From the NCBI GenBank assembly GCA_951406725.2, contig OX597837.1, positions 8,246,001 through 8,310,000 on the forward strand: 64,000 nt of DNA, read 5' to 3'. The notes under the pieces are model-generated. The model worked only from the letters and a program-made list of their open reading frames with translations, had not been told where the DNA came from and did no database searches. Source of the stretch: Octopus vulgaris (taxonomy: Eukaryota). The position numbers were made by a program, and so were the translations under genes. Numbering within the stretch: the first letter of the stretch is position 1; each line of letters opens with the position of its first letter. This document shows positions 57,726 through 64,000 of this stretch, in pieces.

Positions 57726-57794
<69 letters not shown>

Positions 57795-57876
57795 ATATTG
57801 TGTGAAATTTGATTTAGTATTTCTATATTGTGTTTTTTTCCTTGTAAGGTTTGGATTTTATTCCCTCAAATCATAA

Positions 57877-57967
<91 letters not shown>

Positions 57968-58239
57968 TCATACAATCCTATACACACACACGTACGCACA
58001 CACATATATATATATATGTTAGAGCATCTACGCACGAAAGAAAAATGATATTACGGAGATAGGCGGAAAACCTCTTGGGCGAATATTGATGTAGGATATG
58101 TTTAAAATAAATAGCTATACAAAGACTTGAAACAATTGGTAGTCAGTGTATCGATATAGTCTTAGGTCTTTATATATTGTTTATGAATAATGTTATACGT
58201 AATGTAAGTTAGCGTGTCGGCAAAAGATGCTGAAATACT

Positions 58240-58321
58240 GGGATCTTTTCGGTTTGAACGGCAGTTTTGAACATAATTTCTAGGTAATTAAAAAATTTTA
58301 AACTTCGTATACTGGTAGAAT
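58240..58321. mobile_element. One-ended fragment of the same MITE
   Basis: TIR plus aaacttcgtatactggtag; reverse complement of about 55163-55243. Confidence 0.75.
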
Positions 58322-58349
58322 GGGATCCAAGTAAGCCTCTGAAGTAATG

Positions 58350-58760
58350 AAACTCTCCAGTATCACTTGTGAATTTGTTTATTTTGTCCCTGAGGATATT
58401 CGTCTGCAATGACTGACTTTGAGCAGTGATTATATATCCTTCCGACACTTTCTTAACATCTCCAGCCTTCAGCCATAACCAAGACTCCTCTGCTCCAACG
58501 TTCTGCGTTTATCTGACATGCTGACCGTGTAGTTCTTTCCCTCGGATGTTTCTTTCTCTCTTCCCTTTTCTTCTTTTCTTGTACTCTCGTTGCCGTTTTC
58601 CAGAGTTTGTTTCTCCTCTCTTCTGGTAGCTGAAATAAGTCTTTCTGAGTTGCTTCCCATATATTCTTCTATATCAAGTTTTGTAACCATACTGCATCGT
58701 TCATCACGCGGATAAAAAAGGGACGTGTTCGGATCATAGGTAGGAGGGTCTGTTCGAAAA
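58350..58760 (-). pseudogene. Degenerate internal fragment of an R4/Dong-like ORF
   Basis: Manual translation KELHGQHVR*TQNVGAEESWLWLKAGDVKKVSEGYIITAQSQSLQTN fits the post-RT LHGQ..SW.WL..G.LK.ETEG.I.AAQ.Q.L.T motif. Confidence 0.72.
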
Positions 58761-59036
58761 TATATTGTCGTCTCCATTCAATATAGGTATAGGCAACAAT
58801 AAACCTTCAACTTACTCTGGGAAACATGACGCAGGAGCACACAAGATGGGAGTACAAAGAATGTGTAGATCCCAGGACTTCAAAAATGCCCGAGGACGCT
58901 ACTCCTACGATACTCCAACGAGTAGGGGGCAGAGAAAATGAATGGATTGATGTAAAAGCAGGAGAAAAAAAGCACCACTGAAGATGTACAAAAATCCGAA
59001 ACGTAAAACTACAAATTTAGTACTATCGTTATTAAA

Positions 59037-59260
59037 TACGAGGGTCGCTTGGAAAAGGTCATAGACTGACCAAGATACTTGCTTTGAATGTGACCAAATT
59101 AGGTTTTCTTTCCAACACGGCCCCACTTTCTGTCCAAAAATTTCTTCCATCGAAGTTGTAATGCCTGCTTGAATCCCATTGGTGAAGAAGTCATCAACAA
59201 CAATGACGTCATCATCACTGCGATTTCGGTTCGTATAAAGGAGAGTTATCTCTGATGTGT
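59037..59260 (-). mobile_element. Mariner 3' end remnant
   Basis: TAcgaggg terminus. Minus strand encodes SDDDVIVVDDFFTNGIQA. Confidence 0.58.
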
Positions 59261-59671
59261 TTACTCGTTCTAAAAGTGAACAATGAATAAAATAGATATC
59301 ACCACGCACACTTTTCGCCATGCAAAAACGATGTGAACCGAATGTATCGTATCAACAAGGAGAGTTCATCGTCAAATTGAATCGGGATTTAACGTAACCT
59401 GATCGCTTAGCTATTTCGATAGTTCAAATTGTTGCTAAGAATATGAAGAGAAAACCAGGAGATACTTTATAGAATTATCCCTTCTTGCAACGCGCTGAAA
59501 CCTCAAAAGGTAACACAAATATTTCCGCCGCAAGATATAGAATTGTAAACCAATATTTTAGTTCCTGATAAAGTATGTTCCTGCCTTGGGCAAAACAAAT
59601 AATAATTATCTTTCGCTTACACGCGTTATCTTAACTGATTTGAAGTCCTACCGTAAGAGACATCGTTGTCG

Positions 59672-59747
59672 ACGTCGTCGTCGTTGGCGTCGTCGTCGTC
59701 GTTGGCGTCGTCGTCGTCGTTGGCGTCGTCGTCGTCGTTGGCGTCGT
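59672..59747. repeat. 18-bp CpG-rich tandem repeat (CGTCGTCGTCGTCGTTGG) x about 4
   Basis: Read directly from the sequence. Confidence 0.85.
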
Positions 59748-61010
59748 GATCATCATCATGAATATTCTCCTCCTTCTCACCTCTCTCTCTCTCTTCCCTC
59801 TCCTCCACTCCTATCCTCCTCCCCTGCCCCTCCTGCTATTCTTGATCGTTATAATCATTATAACCCCCACCACCACCCTCATCCCACCACTGCCACTGTC
59901 AACACCCCCTCCTCCTCCTCCTCCTCCTCCTCCTCCTCCTCCTACTGCTACTACTATTATTAATAATAACAACAATAATAATAATAGTAGCAATAGTAAT
60001 AATAAAAGTCATCATACTAACCTTTGTCATAATCATTACAACCAACACCCTTCTCCGCCCCTTCTCTTCCCCTCCACCTCCTCATCTTCCTCCCCCTTAT
60101 CATCTCTCCCCCTCCCCTCTTTCCCTCAGTAGCAGTAAATCGTGCCTATCAGTATTTCTATTGACTCATGAAGTTTTGGGTTCAAATGCTGGCGAGGTCG
60201 ACTTCGCCTTTCATAGATTCGGGGCCGAGAAAATAAGTACTCGATGAGTACTTAGTTGTAATCGACTCCACCAACCCTGATTGCATATATATAATTTCCC
60301 TTATAGCCTGTTACATATTCTATCGCTCCGTTTGATTGAACCGCCATGTTACGATGTAAACACACCAACACCGGTTGTCAAACAAACAGACACAAAAACT
60401 CACGCAGACAGACCCATGCGCATATATGTACATATATCCATATATACATGTACACACACACATATATATAGAGAAAGGGAAAGATAGATAGATAGTTTCT
60501 TTATTAGAGGGCTAGAGCTTTTCTTTTGAATCAAAAAAAAAAAAGGAAGGGAGTTAGATAGATAAAGGAGAGAAAGAGAGGGGGTTAAAAAAAGGGGGAG
60601 AGGAAAAAAAAAAAATTGATCAATAGGGATCGTTATCACAGAAATGTCAATATGAAGTGTAAAGGGGAGGACAGGTGAGATTTACCCGTGGAAAGAAAAG
60701 CCTACGGAAAAGACCACGGTAGCCTCGGTCAATGGAGTCACATGTTATATTTCTTTTTTTTTTTTTTTTTGCGAATAAGCAACTCTCTGTTTTCAATTTC
60801 TGGGTTCATAGGAAAGATAGATAGATAGATAGGTAGATAGATAGATACATATACATACATACCTGCGTACATACATACATACATACATACATAGATACAT
60901 ACATACATACATACATAGATACATACATACATACACACACACATACATAGAGAGATAGATAGATAGAAGTAGTTATATAGTTTTATTAGAAGGATCAAGA
61001 TTCTAATCAC

Positions 61011-61160
61011 AACTGCCCGACGAACGGGAATATGAAACTCTGAGTACGAGATTTTGGTGATATTCTTGGAGATTTAATAAAAAAGCATATTACTCTACTT
61101 ACGGTATTCGAGTACTATTTGTTTTTTCACCTAGCTTTGCATTTATATGCTTGCTCTGAT
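61011..61160 (+). mobile_element. Same family, degenerate HHR at 61013-61050
   Basis: ctgcCCGACGA acgggaatat GAAA ctc-t-gag TA, followed by attactctacttacggtattcgagtactattt. Confidence 0.5.
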
Positions 61161-61179
61161 ATATATATATATATATGTA

Positions 61180-61404
61180 GGTCCCGGGTTGAGTCGGGGT
61201 TAACCACAGTAAATAAGGTACTCAATACATAGCAGAGTAAATTAATTTATTTTATAGAAGGAGCTTCTACAGGACTAGAACTGTATCATTCAAAAGAAAT
61301 CATCAGGAAGCTAGGTGACAAGAATAGTTTTGGCATTTATACATTTAGGCAGATTTAAAGTGGTGGTGGTGGGGGACATTTTGGGGTGGGCATGGCGCAA
61401 ACTA
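61180..61404 (-). mobile_element. Second copy of the 8767-9107 family with a mutated HHR (61262-61312)
   Basis: High identity to 8767-8920 and to the reverse complement of 9030-9107. HHR GAAA is changed to GATA. Confidence 0.8.
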
Positions 61405-62006
61405 TATATATATATTTATATATATATATATATACATACAGGCAGACATACGTCACACTCTTTCCCCTTTATTTCTCGTAACTCATCTCAGTGATCGTGT
61501 GTCTACATTTACCTGTGTATTACGTATCTCTAACTATTCATTTTTGTCAGTGTATTTACATAGAGCTACCTAGATTTATCATTCTTACTACTAACCTATG
61601 CACCCATCTGTCTATATATATCGATAAAACTATTTATCTAACATATAGACTAAGTATAACGATGTTGTTCATCGGCTCTTTAAGACTAAATACAACCTAC
61701 ATTGAAGCAAGTCAGAGCGAATCCTCTACTTAGGTATTGCCGTGGATTCAAAAACGTAACAAAGTAACTAGTTATCTTTTCTTCGTTGCTTACTTCAAAG
61801 TCTTAACAACAACCCACACACAAATGGCTTTGTTGTTTCAGTTTTAATGGCGGCTCTACTACTGCATTAGACATGAATATGAAATGGAAGAACAGTCGCC
61901 TGTCTGCCTGGTGTTTGTTTGTCTGCCTGACGATCAGCGTGCACTTATGAAGATATGCATGTGTGTGTATGTATATAGTATATATATATATGATAGATCA
62001 TATATA

Positions 62007-62044
62007 TCTTTCTGTCGAAGAGCGTAGGCTCGAAACGTAAAAGA
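62007..62044 (+). ncRNA. Hammerhead-like variant
   Basis: TCTTT|CTGTCGA|a|GAGC-gtag-GCTC|GAAA|CG|TA|AAAGA. A6 of the core is changed to U and there is one extra A before stem II. Confidence 0.55.
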
Positions 62045-62107
62045 TATTCCTAGCGCTATATAATATATATATGTTTATATACATGACATCGTCATTTGTT
62101 TATTTTC

Positions 62108-62619
<512 letters not shown>

Positions 62620-64000
62620 CATATATATGTACATCTATACATATCTATATCTATCTATCTATTTACAAAATTTATATTCAGAAGAATATGGTACTTAAAC
62701 TGAGGTACCAGAATTTAGTACGGTATAAGCCATACAATTTCAAAGTAAGGTGATTAAACAAGCTTCTTACCACACAGTCATGCCACTATCAAATGAACGA
62801 AACAAGCAAAAGAATAAAAGTATAAAAGAATATATATATATATGTATATTATATATATATTCATATATACATATATATATATTTGTGTATGTATGTATGT
62901 CTATTTGTGTGCGTGCGTTTCTGTGTGTGTATGCGTAGCACTTGAATTCCGCGTCTTTTCCGCTCCATTTACTCTCTGGCAATTTTTTTTTTTCACACTA
63001 AATTTACTTCCACTCTATTTTGTTCAACGATTTGTGTTTTCCCTTCCGCCATATTAAATCAACCGACAAAAAGCGAGAATTTCAAATATACTGTATTTTA
63101 AACGTTAATATTTCTAGTTCAAATGACAATAACATTAAAAAATAACATAACTATTTTATTTCACTTATATATGAACTAACGCCGAACAAAACACCAGAAA
63201 TATACAGAGGTTTTTTTTTTAATTATACGTCTCCATTAGCAACAAAATAATTAACAAAGTACACAGTTCAGATTGTGATATCCGAGGTGAGAAATGTAAG
63301 TATTTTTTTCATAAAATAGGCCTACTTCAAATTCATTTTTCTCGTCGTCAGATTTTAAAAAAACATGGGGGTGGTGTTCTTAAAAGTATTTTAAAGAAGC
63401 AATTAATACTGGGTAATAGAAATTTGCTCTTCTGTGTTAATTGCCCCCAGTTTAGGAGACCTGACTAAATGTATGTATGCATGGATTCTTTACTTCTTGT
63501 ACTCTTTTAATTGATTCAGTGATTAGACTGCGAACAAGCTGGAGTACTGCCTTGAAGAGTACACAGAACTGTTTGATTAAATGAATGGGGTTTCTTTTGT
63601 CTTTTCTTCCGATATTACTCTTTTTTTCTTTCTTTTTCTTCTTGGCAGTTGTCAACTTAAAAATTAAAGAGTAATGATGTCATTCCGTCAACATGGGAAC
63701 ACAGGTTGCCCTCGTTCAAATATTTTGAATTTGAATTTCTATAATTTTGAATTTCTATTTATCACTTTTCATTTCGAACTCGACAAAGACGGGCAAGCTG
63801 TCGTAATATCGTTCAACCAATAAAACATGTATTGCAATCGCATCGCGTTCTTCGTATTGTCTATTTACAACAACAATAATAATAATAATATTGTGCAAAA
63901 CGAAATATATGGCACTCCAATCATAATTTGAACTTATAACTTGTCTCTTGCGGTTTCTGGGTGAGACTTGGAGCCAACTTTTACAAAAATCAAACATATA

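Noticed and set aside
59586-59963. Protamine-like WRRRRR ORF
   Set aside because: It arises from an 18-bp tandem repeat among other simple repeats and has a non-ATG start.

Overview
AT-rich eukaryotic non-coding DNA dominated by microsatellites ((TA)n, (AAT)n, (TATC)n, (ATGT)n, (CAT)n, (CTT)n). The SINE families and repeat density suggest an octopus or other coleoid cephalopod; that assignment is inference. No host protein-coding exon could be supported, and almost every ORF in the track is a microsatellite artefact. The one credible long ORF (21373-22221) is a 5'-truncated Penelope-like retroelement (PLE) encoding RT thumb, Zn-finger linker and GIY-YIG endonuclease, flanked by inverted pseudo-LTRs (pLTRs). 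The main hidden signal is a dense set of type I hammerhead ribozyme (HHR) motifs from many different short PLE-type repeat families. These mostly sit in tail-out inverted pairs inside (TA)n tracts. Their cores show C3-G8, U3-A8 and G3-C8 covariation, plus a compensatory stem II change. The window also holds R4/Dong-like RLE retrotransposon remnants in (AAT)n and (CATA)n tracts, mariner remnants, a non-autonomous Helitron, a MITE with a 6-bp TSD and many tRNA-derived SINEs. All structures were read by eye; nothing was computed or searched.
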